Below are positions 18,490 through 27,147 of a stretch of 31,806 nucleotides of DNA, in pieces. The stretch covers positions 1 through 31,806 of the forward strand of contig JAZDLX010000132.1 in the NCBI GenBank assembly GCA_043801585.1, written 5' to 3'. The number at the start of each line of letters is the position of its first letter. Position 1 is the stretch's first letter. A program made the position numbers and the translations under genes. The DNA comes from a bacterium (lineage in GTDB: Bacteria > Electryoneota > Electryoneia > Electryoneales > Electryoneaceae). Under the pieces are notes generated by a model that saw only the letters and a list, made by a program, of their open reading frames with translations, was not told where the DNA came from and made no database searches.

Positions 18490-20505
18490 ATGGGCGAAAT
18501 CGCGCAGTGGAACGACACGGACCGTTTAGCCGTCGATACGATCCGGATACTCGCCGCGGAAATCGTGGAGAAGGCAAACAGCGGTCATCCCGGCATGCCG
18601 ATGGGATTTGCCACACCGGCGCATGCACTGTTCAGCCGCTATCTCACGTTCAATCCCGATAACCCCTTCTGGCCGGCGCGAGACCGATTTGTCCTCTCCT
18701 GCGGACACGGCAGTGCGCTCCTCTACAGCCTGCTTCATCTGAGCGGGTATGACCTGCCCATGGAAGAGCTTCAGCAGTTCCGCCAGTGGTCATCGAAGAC
18801 CCCGGGACACCCCGAATTCGGACTCACCGCGGGTGTGGAGACGACCACCGGTCCGCTCGGGCAGGGGATCAGCAATGCCGTTGGCATGGCGATGGCTCAA
18901 CGGTACATCCGCCAGCAACTCGGTGTTGCGGATGGCGGCTTCGATCCACTTGACCATTTCGTCTACGTCTTCGCCTCGGATGGTGACCTTCAGGAGGGAG
19001 TGAGTGGGGAGGCGTCTTCGCTTGCCGGGCGGCAGCGGCTGGGGCGGCTGGTCGTGCTCTACGATGACAACAGGATCAGCATCGACGGGAGCACGGACCT
19101 TGCGTGGAGCGAGGACGTTGAAGTTCGCTACACCGCCTATGGCTGGCATGTGGATCGGGCGGACGGCACTGACGGCGAGGCCATTCTCGCGGCCATCGAA
19201 CGGGCTCGCGACGTTATCGACCGTCCGAGCCTGATCCGTGTCAGCACCACCATCGGTTTCGGCGCACCGCACAAGCAGGGGACGGCGGGTGTGCACGGAT
19301 CCCCCCTCGGTGCGGAGGAGCTTGCCGCAACGAAGGCCGCATTGGGGTGGAATCACGAGCCGTTCTTCATCCCTCAGGAGGTGTACTCCTGCTATTCCGA
19401 AGCAGCGGACAGAGGGCGCGCGGCACACGAAACCTGGCTGCAACAGCTCGACAAATGGCTGAGCAAGGACAGCGGCCGTGCAGATCTCTGGGATCAACTC
19501 GTCCACGGCCATCTTCCCAAGGATGTCTTCGACTCGCTTCCGGCGTGGTGGGGGGGAGAAAAAATCTCAACCCGCAAGGCAGCGGGCGCGGTGTTGAACG
19601 CCATCGCGGCGAAGACAAGGATGTTCGTCGGTGGCAACGCCGACCTCGCCGGGTCCACCTCGATGACGGTCAAGGATGGAGGCAGCTTCCTTCCGGAAAC
19701 GCCGGGCGGACGGAATTTCCATTTTGGCATCCGCGAACACGCCATGGGTGCGGTTTCGAACGGCATGGCGCTGTACGCCGGCCTCCGACCGTATACAGGA
19801 ACTTTCTTCACCTTCAGCGACTACATGCGTCCCTCGATCCGACTCGCTGCGATCATGGGCATTCCCGTGACCTTTGTCTTCAGCCATGACAGCATCGGTG
19901 TGGGGGAGGACGGCCCGACACATCAACCGGTGGAGCAACTCGCCGCCCTGCGTGCGATGCCGGGACTGGTCGTGCTTCGCCCGGGCGATGGAACGGAAAC
20001 CGTCGAAGCGTTTCGGAATGCGCTGCAGCGGTCGGATGGGCCGACGCTGATCCTGACGACACGCCAGAACCTGCCTGTCATCGATCGTGAACGGTACGCC
20101 GGAGCCGAAGGTTTGCATAAGGGGGGATACGTCCTCGCGGACTGCGAAGGCATCCCGGAGGTCATCCTGATCGGCACCGGCAGTGAGTTGCAGCATGCTC
20201 TCGGCGCTTACGAAAAATTGTCGGCAGAGGGAAAGAAAGTCCGTGTGGTCAGCCTGCCGAGCTGGGAGCTGTTTCTCGCTCAAAAGGCATCCTACCGCGA
20301 TGAGGTGCTTCCCCCGTCCGTCACGGCACGGGTGAGCGTCGAAGCCGGAGTCCGGTTCGGGTGGGAACGGTTCATCGGTTCACGTGGCATCGCCGTCGGC
20401 ATCGACCGTTACGGCGCTTCTGCTCCGGGTGAAGTGTTGATGGAAAAACTCGGATTCACCGTGGAGAACGTGGTTGCAACTGCGCGCAAGGCAATGGCGG
20501 GGTAA
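18490..20505 (+). CDS. tkt: Transketolase
   Basis: NSGHPG, DRFVLSCGH, TPGHPE, TTGPLGQG, ThDP motif SDGDLQEG...YDDN, FGIREHAM and HDSIGVGEDGPTHQPVE. GGAGG RBS before ATG 18490. Confidence 0.98.
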   Translation: MGEIAQWNDTDRLAVDTIRILAAEIVEKANSGHPGMPMGFATPAHALFSRYLTFNPDNPFWPARDRFVLSCGHGSALLYSLLHLSGYDLPMEELQQFRQWSSKTPGHPEFGLTAGVETTTGPLGQGISNAVGMAMAQRYIRQQLGVADGGFDPLDHFVYVFASDGDLQEGVSGEASSLAGRQRLGRLVVLYDDNRISIDGSTDLAWSEDVEVRYTAYGWHVDRADGTDGEAILAAIERARDVIDRPSLIRVSTTIGFGAPHKQGTAGVHGSPLGAEELAATKAALGWNHEPFFIPQEVYSCYSEAADRGRAAHETWLQQLDKWLSKDSGRADLWDQLVHGHLPKDVFDSLPAWWGGEKISTRKAAGAVLNAIAAKTRMFVGGNADLAGSTSMTVKDGGSFLPETPGGRNFHFGIREHAMGAVSNGMALYAGLRPYTGTFFTFSDYMRPSIRLAAIMGIPVTFVFSHDSIGVGEDGPTHQPVEQLAALRAMPGLVVLRPGDGTETVEAFRNALQRSDGPTLILTTRQNLPVIDRERYAGAEGLHKGGYVLADCEGIPEVILIGTGSELQHALGAYEKLSAEGKKVRVVSLPSWELFLAQKASYRDEVLPPSVTARVSVEAGVRFGWERFIGSRGIAVGIDRYGASAPGEVLMEKLGFTVENVVATARKAMAG

Positions 20506-20566
20506 CCATAACACTTGAAGATCGGATAGGTGAGGAGATTCACCGATCACCATTTTATAAAGACTA

Positions 20567-21928
20567 TCACAGCTCCCAGCGGAGCAGGTTCCCCCGTTTA
20601 AGATGCTTCCCGTCCACGACCACTTGAGCGGTGGTGAAGGGATCCTCGCTCTCGACGAAAACGTCAGCCGCATGGGAACCGAACTTCCGCCAGCGTTCGA
20701 TTTCCCGCTCCGCAGCCTGCTTCGCCATTGCATCGGCTTCACGCAGTGATCCACCGCTGGCCGTAGCCCGTGATCGTTCCTCCGCTTTCAGCGCGGCCGG
20801 AATGGCGCGCTGGGCATCCCTGCTGTTGCCGTGAATCCAAACGGAAAGATCGAAGCTCTCTTTCAGATGGCTATTTGGCAGATAGGAGCCTTCGACAACG
20901 ATCACGCTTCCCGCTCGCGAACGGCAGGGCTGAAGCGTGCCCTTTCCGTGACCACGGGTGATCTCCCAGGAACTGTCTATTTTTCCGGTATGACGGGCTG
21001 CGAGAATCTCATCGTTCAACATGGACCAGTTAAAGGACTCCTCGATCCATTTCACGGCGGACCGGGATGTAACCGGTTGCCTGTGCCTTGCCAGGTTCAG
21101 ATGAGTAACCGGCACATTTCTGTCGGTGAACGCTGTCAGCAGCCGGCCGGCAAGCTCACGGGTCAGCGCGGGGTGAGGGGCGGACAGCGAGAGGACGAGT
21201 GGGCGATCGAGAGGGCGCAGTTCCGTGACGTGTCCTGCGATCCGTTCAGCGAGTTCACGGAGAGGGTTGAGCAAATCGAGCAGGTGGCGGAAATCCTCGA
21301 CCCATGTCGCCGTGTCCATCAATTCTTCTCGGCTGCCGTATCCGTAGAGTGCTCCGATGGCGGGCAAGTTGTTCGCCTTGGCAGCTTCGACATCGTATCC
21401 ACGATCACCGATCACCACCGCCGGACCGCCGAGGTCGCTCACAACCTCAGCAATCAGCGTTGCCTTGGTTGCTCCGGGCGCATCCCCGACGCAACTCATT
21501 CGGTCGAAGAAACGGTCCAGGTTCTGCGTTTCCATCACGGCATGCAGGTAGGGCGTGTGGCAATTCGAGACGACCGCTATTTTGTATCCGCGCCGTTTCA
21601 GTTCACGCAACGTGGACGGAACGCCGGGGAAGGTGATCCGGTGTTTCTTCATGTAGCTGGTTTCACCGTGCAGAATCTCGCTGCGAAAACGGTCGAGGTG
21701 TTCCCGGTCCTCGGGCCTCAGCAAGGTGCTGTAAAAATCGTCGGAGGGAGCTCCGATGCCGGAGGTTAGCTGTTTGTCGGTGTATTCGGGCGCACTCTTT
21801 CCAAGGGATTTGTGAAAGCGTTTCAGGCCGCCGCGCAGAGCGGCGACCGCCGTTTCGCCACTGGCGATCAACGTGCCGTCCATGTCGAAGATCAGCGTGC
21901 GTGTACCGAGGATGTCTGGATGAATCAT
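20567..21928 (-). CDS. HAD-superfamily phosphatase fused to a degenerate uridine-kinase-like P-loop domain
   Basis: HAD motifs IFDMDGTL, VSN, K and IGDRGYD...YGYG. C-terminal half follows the uridine-kinase layout (PLVLSL..., VIVVEGSYL, FDLSVWI, AQVVVD) but has no GxxxxGKT. Confidence 0.8.
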   Translation of the reverse strand: MIHPDILGTRTLIFDMDGTLIASGETAVAALRGGLKRFHKSLGKSAPEYTDKQLTSGIGAPSDDFYSTLLRPEDREHLDRFRSEILHGETSYMKKHRITFPGVPSTLRELKRRGYKIAVVSNCHTPYLHAVMETQNLDRFFDRMSCVGDAPGATKATLIAEVVSDLGGPAVVIGDRGYDVEAAKANNLPAIGALYGYGSREELMDTATWVEDFRHLLDLLNPLRELAERIAGHVTELRPLDRPLVLSLSAPHPALTRELAGRLLTAFTDRNVPVTHLNLARHRQPVTSRSAVKWIEESFNWSMLNDEILAARHTGKIDSSWEITRGHGKGTLQPCRSRAGSVIVVEGSYLPNSHLKESFDLSVWIHGNSRDAQRAIPAALKAEERSRATASGGSLREADAMAKQAAEREIERWRKFGSHAADVFVESEDPFTTAQVVVDGKHLKRGNLLRWEL

Positions 21929-23400
21929 GCGCCGAAGGTAGGGTACTGCTGATTGCGGGTCAACCAGAGTCGGCGCAGCGCCCCCACGAGGTAAAGGCTG
22001 CCTGTGCCGATCACGATGGCGTCGCGCTGTGAAGCCTCAGCGAGCGCCAGGTCGAACGCCTGCGGCAACGGAGCCGAACGCGTATCCCACCCCCTGTTTT
22101 TCAGGAGACCGGCCAATTCACCGGATGTCATCGCGCGGGGTGTGTCGGCGGCTGTGGCGATGGTCAACGCGGGTTTCTCATCCAGCGCATTGAGGAAGCC
22201 GTTCACGTCCTTGTCCCGGTTGACTCCCAGCAGGAGAACGCGCGGTCGATCCGGCCAAACGTCGTCGAGCAGTCTTTTCAGAGCGGACGCACCCAGGGGG
22301 GAATGGGCGCCATCGATCATCACCAATGGATTGCGTTGAAGAATTTCGGCACGTCCCGGCCAGGACGTCTTCAACAATCCCTTGCGGATGGCTTCGGGTG
22401 GAATCAGAAATTCGCCATCGACGTGCAATCTGTCCGCTGCCGCGACGGCCAACCCCACATTCTCCGCCATGTGAGCTCCGAGCAGGGGGGTCTCGAGTTC
22501 ACGGTGATCGCGCGCCGGCGTTTTCAAATGGAACCGCGTGGAACGGTCCGAAACCTCTACGGCGTCGAGTTGAATTTCATATCCGATGCGCCATAGTTCG
22601 CTGTCGATGAAAGTCGCCCGCTCTTCGATCATACTCAGCGCTGCGGGCGACTGAGGGCCGATCACTCCGGGAACTCCCGGCTTGAGAATGTGCGCTTTGT
22701 CCCAGGCGATTTTTTCGATGGTGTCGCCGAGAACCTTTGTGTGGTCGAGCCCGACGCGGGTGATTGCGGAGAGTGCGGGCTCCAGGACATTCGTTGCGTC
22801 CAGCCTGCCTCCCATGCCGACTTCGACAACTGCCACGTCCACATCCATGTCACGGAAAGCGAGAAACGCCAGCGCGGTGATCAACTCAAACACCGTGCGG
22901 TAGGATTCCTGATAGTTTTCCGCTTCCATGGCGGGTTTCAACAGGGAATGGTAAAGCCTGGCAAATTCCTCGCGGGAAAGATCCTGGCCGTCGATTCGGA
23001 TCCGTTCACGAACCTCGACGAGGTGCGGAGAAACCGTTGCACCCGTTCGATAACCCGCCTGATGAAGGATCGCTTCCAGGCTCGCGGCGAACGACCCCTT
23101 GCCGCGTGTGCCGGTGACATGAATTGCCGGACATGACCGGTGGGGATCTCCGAGACGTTCCAGGAACGAACGGTAGACCTGCAGGTCACGATCGACCGTG
23201 TTGAAGACATCCGGAGCGAGCGCTTCCGTGTCAAGCCTGCCGTAAAGATGTTCCAGAGCCATCCGGTACTGATCATGCTGCGCGACACCGGCATCAAACC
23301 GGCTCACATCGAATCGGACGGGTTTCGTGGGAGGGGTGTTTGGAGCAGGTAGCGAAACGGCCCCATCCGGAGATGCGTTTGCGTCAGGAGACCAGGTCAT
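21925..23400 (-). CDS. folC: Folylpolyglutamate synthase / dihydrofolate synthase
   Basis: IHVTGTRGKGS, SPHL...ERI, FELITA, VEVGMGGRLDATNV, GLDH, WPGR, IDGAH and GSLYLVG. Confidence 0.96.
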   Translation of the reverse strand: MTWSPDANASPDGAVSLPAPNTPPTKPVRFDVSRFDAGVAQHDQYRMALEHLYGRLDTEALAPDVFNTVDRDLQVYRSFLERLGDPHRSCPAIHVTGTRGKGSFAASLEAILHQAGYRTGATVSPHLVEVRERIRIDGQDLSREEFARLYHSLLKPAMEAENYQESYRTVFELITALAFLAFRDMDVDVAVVEVGMGGRLDATNVLEPALSAITRVGLDHTKVLGDTIEKIAWDKAHILKPGVPGVIGPQSPAALSMIEERATFIDSELWRIGYEIQLDAVEVSDRSTRFHLKTPARDHRELETPLLGAHMAENVGLAVAAADRLHVDGEFLIPPEAIRKGLLKTSWPGRAEILQRNPLVMIDGAHSPLGASALKRLLDDVWPDRPRVLLLGVNRDKDVNGFLNALDEKPALTIATAADTPRAMTSGELAGLLKNRGWDTRSAPLPQAFDLALAEASQRDAIVIGTGSLYLVGALRRLWLTRNQQYPTFGA

Positions 23401-23418
23401 CGATTCATCTCGCGTGGA

Positions 23419-24069
23419 TCACGTCTCCAGGCTCATCATCTTGGCGATGCGCTTGCTGTTGAATTCAGGACTCATACGCATCGTCAGCAGGTACGAGGTT
23501 TTGATCCCTTCCGGTGGTTCCGATGGACGGTTTTCTTCGAGAACTGCAAAAATCGGGGTATCATTCAACTTTGGCAGCTTCTCCATGACCGTCTGCATCT
23601 CGGGTGTGTTAAGAAGAGCCTGGACTCCCGCGTAGTAATCGTCGTAGACCACCATGGCGACATTCTTAACATTTGCATCGTTCAACGTGTGGAGCAGGCT
23701 TTTGACAAAATCCTGAGGTTCGTTGCAGAGAACGACATGGGGAAATCCCATGCGTTGAACGTATCCGCCGAGAGTTTTCGCACGGAAATGCGTGGGAGCG
23801 TACACGACAAAGACGGCGTTTTTAGTCTCCGGCTGCTTCTTCTCCTCGGCATCCAGCTCTTTCTCCCGTCTGCGAATCCGAGCTTTCAGGTCAGAGAGCC
23901 CACTACTGGAGGCGGGGGCGCGTCCAGATACATCGACATCGTTGCTCGACATCGCGGCTGCTGCAGCACCGGATTCACCGGCGCCCATCGATTCCGCAAC
24001 TCGTTTCAGAACTTCGGGGTCAATTTTCTTTCGAAGTTCATCGAGCTCTTTTTTCTTTTGCTCATCCAT
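23419..24069 (-). CDS. Hypothetical protein: charged/low-complexity N-terminus plus possible degenerate receiver-like domain
   Basis: GGAG RBS and tight operon spacing. C-terminal ~130 aa alternate beta/alpha like CheY folds but lack the acidic pocket and the KP motif. Confidence 0.6.
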   Translation of the reverse strand: MDEQKKKELDELRKKIDPEVLKRVAESMGAGESGAAAAAMSSNDVDVSGRAPASSSGLSDLKARIRRREKELDAEEKKQPETKNAVFVVYAPTHFRAKTLGGYVQRMGFPHVVLCNEPQDFVKSLLHTLNDANVKNVAMVVYDDYYAGVQALLNTPEMQTVMEKLPKLNDTPIFAVLEENRPSEPPEGIKTSYLLTMRMSPEFNSKRIAKMMSLET

Positions 24070-24090
24070 TACTCCAGCCTCGCTGTTTCA

Positions 24091-25203
24091 TCACGAGTAG
24101 GCTGACTCATCGAGGACCGGACTAACGATATAGATCATCGGTTCGTTGGACAGATCGACAATCTGATCGTTATCAACCTTTAATCCTCGCGAGTCCGAGA
24201 GAAGCTGGATCACCGGCCTTACTGGATAGTTCTTGTTCGTCCGGATCACCTTTGCGATCGCCCCGTTGTTCAACTTGACCAGGCTGTCAACGGGGAAGAT
24301 GCTGATGACATCGATCAACGCTTTGATCATGCGAGCGGAAAAATCGACGTTGCGGCGCTCGATGATCGCCTGCATCGCTTTGTACGCGATGAAGTTGTCG
24401 CGGTAATGGCGAATATGAGTCAGTGCGATAAAACTGTCTGCCAATCCAAGCACCTGTGCGTATTCGTGGATGTCGTTGGTGCCTATCCCCTGCGGATACC
24501 CTTTGCCGTTCCAGCGTTCGTGTTCCTGATGAATGACATCCGGGAGGAACGGGAACATGTCCACGACCGCCTGGAGAATTTCGTATCCGAACTCCGGGTG
24601 GTTCCGAATCAGCTCCTGCTCGGATGGTGTAAGGTCCCCGCGTTTCGTGAGCACGGATTCCGGAACGCGCACCATCCCCACTTCGTGGACCATGCTGCAC
24701 AGGCCTACTTCGATCGCTTGTTGCCTTGAGTACTTTAGACCGTAAGCGATCTTGATCGCGACAATCGCCACGTTTACGCTGTGCTGGGCCATCGAGGTGA
24801 TTGTTTTGCGCGCCGAAAGAGCCTGCATGAAGAGTTGATCACTCCCGGAGAGCGCCTCGGCGAACAACTCCACATGGTGAAGAATGTCATCGAGAGTGAA
24901 CGGTTTGTTCTGCCCCGTCAAATCGAGGAAGGAGTCAACAGCGTCGATCGTCGAATGATAAAGAGACTTTCCCTGAGCTGCAGACTGAACAGGCACGGCA
25001 GGCACTTCTGCTACCGCTTCTTCGGTATCCGCTCGCTGTCCGTTGTTGCCTTGGCGGGGAGGGATGGAGAAACCCGAGGAGCGCGTTGAAGGAAATTCGA
25101 GTTCCTTCTCGTCTCCCTGGGCGCCGTCCCGGCGACTCTCCGACCCCTGTCCGGGGCGGCGGATATCATTCACAGAACGCAGGACATCCCGCATTCTTAC
25201 CAT
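24091..25203 (-). CDS. HD-GYP domain protein with non-canonical motifs
   Basis: HSVNVA, HEVG (instead of HDxG), HPEFG, QEHERWNGKGYP, LADSFIAL..RHYR, and a C-terminal FPVDSLVKLNNG...RP extension. Confidence 0.88.
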   Translation of the reverse strand: MVRMRDVLRSVNDIRRPGQGSESRRDGAQGDEKELEFPSTRSSGFSIPPRQGNNGQRADTEEAVAEVPAVPVQSAAQGKSLYHSTIDAVDSFLDLTGQNKPFTLDDILHHVELFAEALSGSDQLFMQALSARKTITSMAQHSVNVAIVAIKIAYGLKYSRQQAIEVGLCSMVHEVGMVRVPESVLTKRGDLTPSEQELIRNHPEFGYEILQAVVDMFPFLPDVIHQEHERWNGKGYPQGIGTNDIHEYAQVLGLADSFIALTHIRHYRDNFIAYKAMQAIIERRNVDFSARMIKALIDVISIFPVDSLVKLNNGAIAKVIRTNKNYPVRPVIQLLSDSRGLKVDNDQIVDLSNEPMIYIVSPVLDESAYS

Positions 25204-26015
25204 TCGTACTTCCCTCCGGCAGTCTCGCTGTCCACGATGGAACGAACGACCTCGGGGCCGATCGTCTCAAGGCGATTTCCGGCGCCGATAGCCATCGCGA
25301 GATCGCACAGGTTATTGATCTTGCGGGGAGTTCCACCCGAATAGGAGAATATATCAGCAATCGCCTCCTTGGTGAAAACTTCTTTCAGATTTCCCGCGAG
25401 CGCAAGTCGGTACTCGATATACTTCACCGTTTCTTCAAAGTCCAGCGGAACGAGGTGATATTTTACAGCGATCCGTTGCATCAGTTGAGGTAATTTCCGT
25501 GTTTTTTCGCGAAGTTCCGGCTGGCCGGAAAAAACAAGAGTCAGCATGAACCGGTCGTTCAACTGGAAATTCAGCAGCAACCGCAGTTCTTCAAAGGTCG
25601 CCGGGTCGTCGATCACCTGCGCTTCATCGACCATCAGCACGGTGTGTTTTCCAGCACTGACGTTGTCGTACAGGTGTTGATTGACTTTCTGCAGAAGCTC
25701 ATTTTTTCTCTCGGGGATCTCGTCCGAACCGAGTTGAAAAAGAACTTCACGCAGCAGCTCCTCGGCGGTCCAGCGTGGATTCGTCAGCAGCACCACGGGG
25801 AACAGGTGGGGGTCAATCTCGTTGATCACCGTACGGATCAGCATTGTTTTTCCGCACCCGTATTCGCCGGTCAGCAACGCTGCTCCTTTCGCCTCGTTGA
25901 TCGCGTAGAGGATCCGCATCAGCGCTTCGCGGTGCTGGTTCGACTGGAAAAAGAACCTGGGATCGGGGGTATTTTCGAACGGTTTTTCCTTCAGCTCCCA
26001 GTACTTGGTATACAC
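25197..26015 (-). CDS. ExeA/MshM-like AAA ATPase, standalone ATPase domain
   Basis: MYTKYWELKEKPF..TPDPRFFF.S..H.EAL, Walker A GEYGCGKT, Walker B VDEAQ, ELRLL.N, GQPEL, QRI, YI.YRL and SGGTPRKINNLCD. Confidence 0.9.
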   Translation of the reverse strand: MYTKYWELKEKPFENTPDPRFFFQSNQHREALMRILYAINEAKGAALLTGEYGCGKTMLIRTVINEIDPHLFPVVLLTNPRWTAEELLREVLFQLGSDEIPERKNELLQKVNQHLYDNVSAGKHTVLMVDEAQVIDDPATFEELRLLLNFQLNDRFMLTLVFSGQPELREKTRKLPQLMQRIAVKYHLVPLDFEETVKYIEYRLALAGNLKEVFTKEAIADIFSYSGGTPRKINNLCDLAMAIGAGNRLETIGPEVVRSIVDSETAGGKYEW

Positions 26016-26109
26016 TAATCATCTCCCCCGCGCATCCACGCAGTCCTGCCTGTTATCCAGTGCCCGCGAATCACCTGTTGTTACAGAATGGTCAAGAAAA
26101 GATCAACCA

Positions 26110-26138
26110 ATAATAAGGCGGTGCATTAGATACTGCAA
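26110..26138 (-). promoter_or_regulatory. Putative sigma70 promoter of the ExeA-like to HAD operon
   Basis: Minus strand TTGCAG-N17-TATTAT, with an AT-rich upstream (UP-like) tract. Confidence 0.45.
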
Positions 26139-26286
26139 GCCATTGGTGAATGATTTTTCTTGTTTTTAGTAAATTTTACTGTTTTTAAATTGATATTCCA
26201 AGATACCTTATACACGAAGATACAGGAAGTTCTCAGTCTCCGGGGGAAGCGGCTTGGAAAGGGATAGTCCGGGTCGAAAATGCTGG

Positions 26287-26315
26287 TTGAGCACCCTCTC
26301 ATTGACAGTTATCTT
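26287..26315 (+). promoter_or_regulatory. Putative sigma70 promoter of recO
   Basis: TTGAGC-N17-TATCTT, about 60 nt upstream of GTG 26377. Confidence 0.3.
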
Positions 26316-26376
26316 AATTTGCTAAAGGCGTCTGGCCTGGAAAGACGGGAGCGGATCGGTGTAAACCTGGTGAACC

Positions 26377-27147
26377 GTGGCAACCCTTGTAAAAAGTGAA
26401 GCATTGATTCTCAGGAGGTTCCGGCACGGCGACACCAGTCTTGTGCTGCACGCGTTCACACGGTCAGCGGGTCGGGTGCCGTTTATTGCAAAAGGGGCTC
26501 GCGCTGGTGGACGCAAACCCCCGGTGCCCCTGGTGCCTGCTGTCCTTCTGGAATTGATCTGGAAGCCTTCGACCCGCTCAGAGCTGCAACTGCTGCGGGA
26601 ATGGTCGCTGTTGGACGGGTTTGGAAGGATCCACAGCGATTTCGAAAAACTCGCCTGGACACAGGCGGGGCTTGAAATCCTGGGCCGAACGTTGACAGGC
26701 GAACAGCCGCACGAGGAGTTGTTCGATAACACCCTGGAGTATATCCGGACAATTGTAAACGCCGCTGGACGATACGAAACGCTGCTGCAACGCCTGCGAC
26801 TGCTGGTCCTTCGGGAATTGGGATATGAACTGGACCTGACCGTTCCCGAAGGAGGGGCGGGAGTGGGGCGGTTTGTCCCCGGGCGCGGGTGTTGGGCTCC
26901 GGAATCCGGAGACGGCGCAGAGTTGCCCGTTCATCTCGGAAGTTGGAAACTGCTGGCGGCGCTGGCGATCAGCCCCTGGGATCAGGTTAACCGGGTTCGG
27001 CCTGGACGTGAGGCCGCGCAGGAGATTGAAAAAATTCTCGATGCAGCATATCGTCACGCTTTCGATCGATGGGCGCCACTTGAAAGCCTGAAGTTGCTCG
27101 CACCGATAGAGAAGTCGGAAAGGCTGGATGGGGAGGAGGGGAAGTGA
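26377..27147 (+). CDS. recO: DNA repair protein RecO
   Basis: N-terminal OB fold SEALILRRFRHGDTSLVLHAFTRSAGRVPFIAKGAR, then PHEELF...LRLLVLRELGY. Confidence 0.9.
   Translation: MATLVKSEALILRRFRHGDTSLVLHAFTRSAGRVPFIAKGARAGGRKPPVPLVPAVLLELIWKPSTRSELQLLREWSLLDGFGRIHSDFEKLAWTQAGLEILGRTLTGEQPHEELFDNTLEYIRTIVNAAGRYETLLQRLRLLVLRELGYELDLTVPEGGAGVGRFVPGRGCWAPESGDGAELPVHLGSWKLLAALAISPWDQVNRVRPGREAAQEIEKILDAAYRHAFDRWAPLESLKLLAPIEKSERLDGEEGK

Noticed and set aside
20506..20566. Terminator between tkt and the HAD gene (GGTGA/TCACC hairpin)
   Set aside because: Short interrupted stem without an adjacent U tract; too weak to call.
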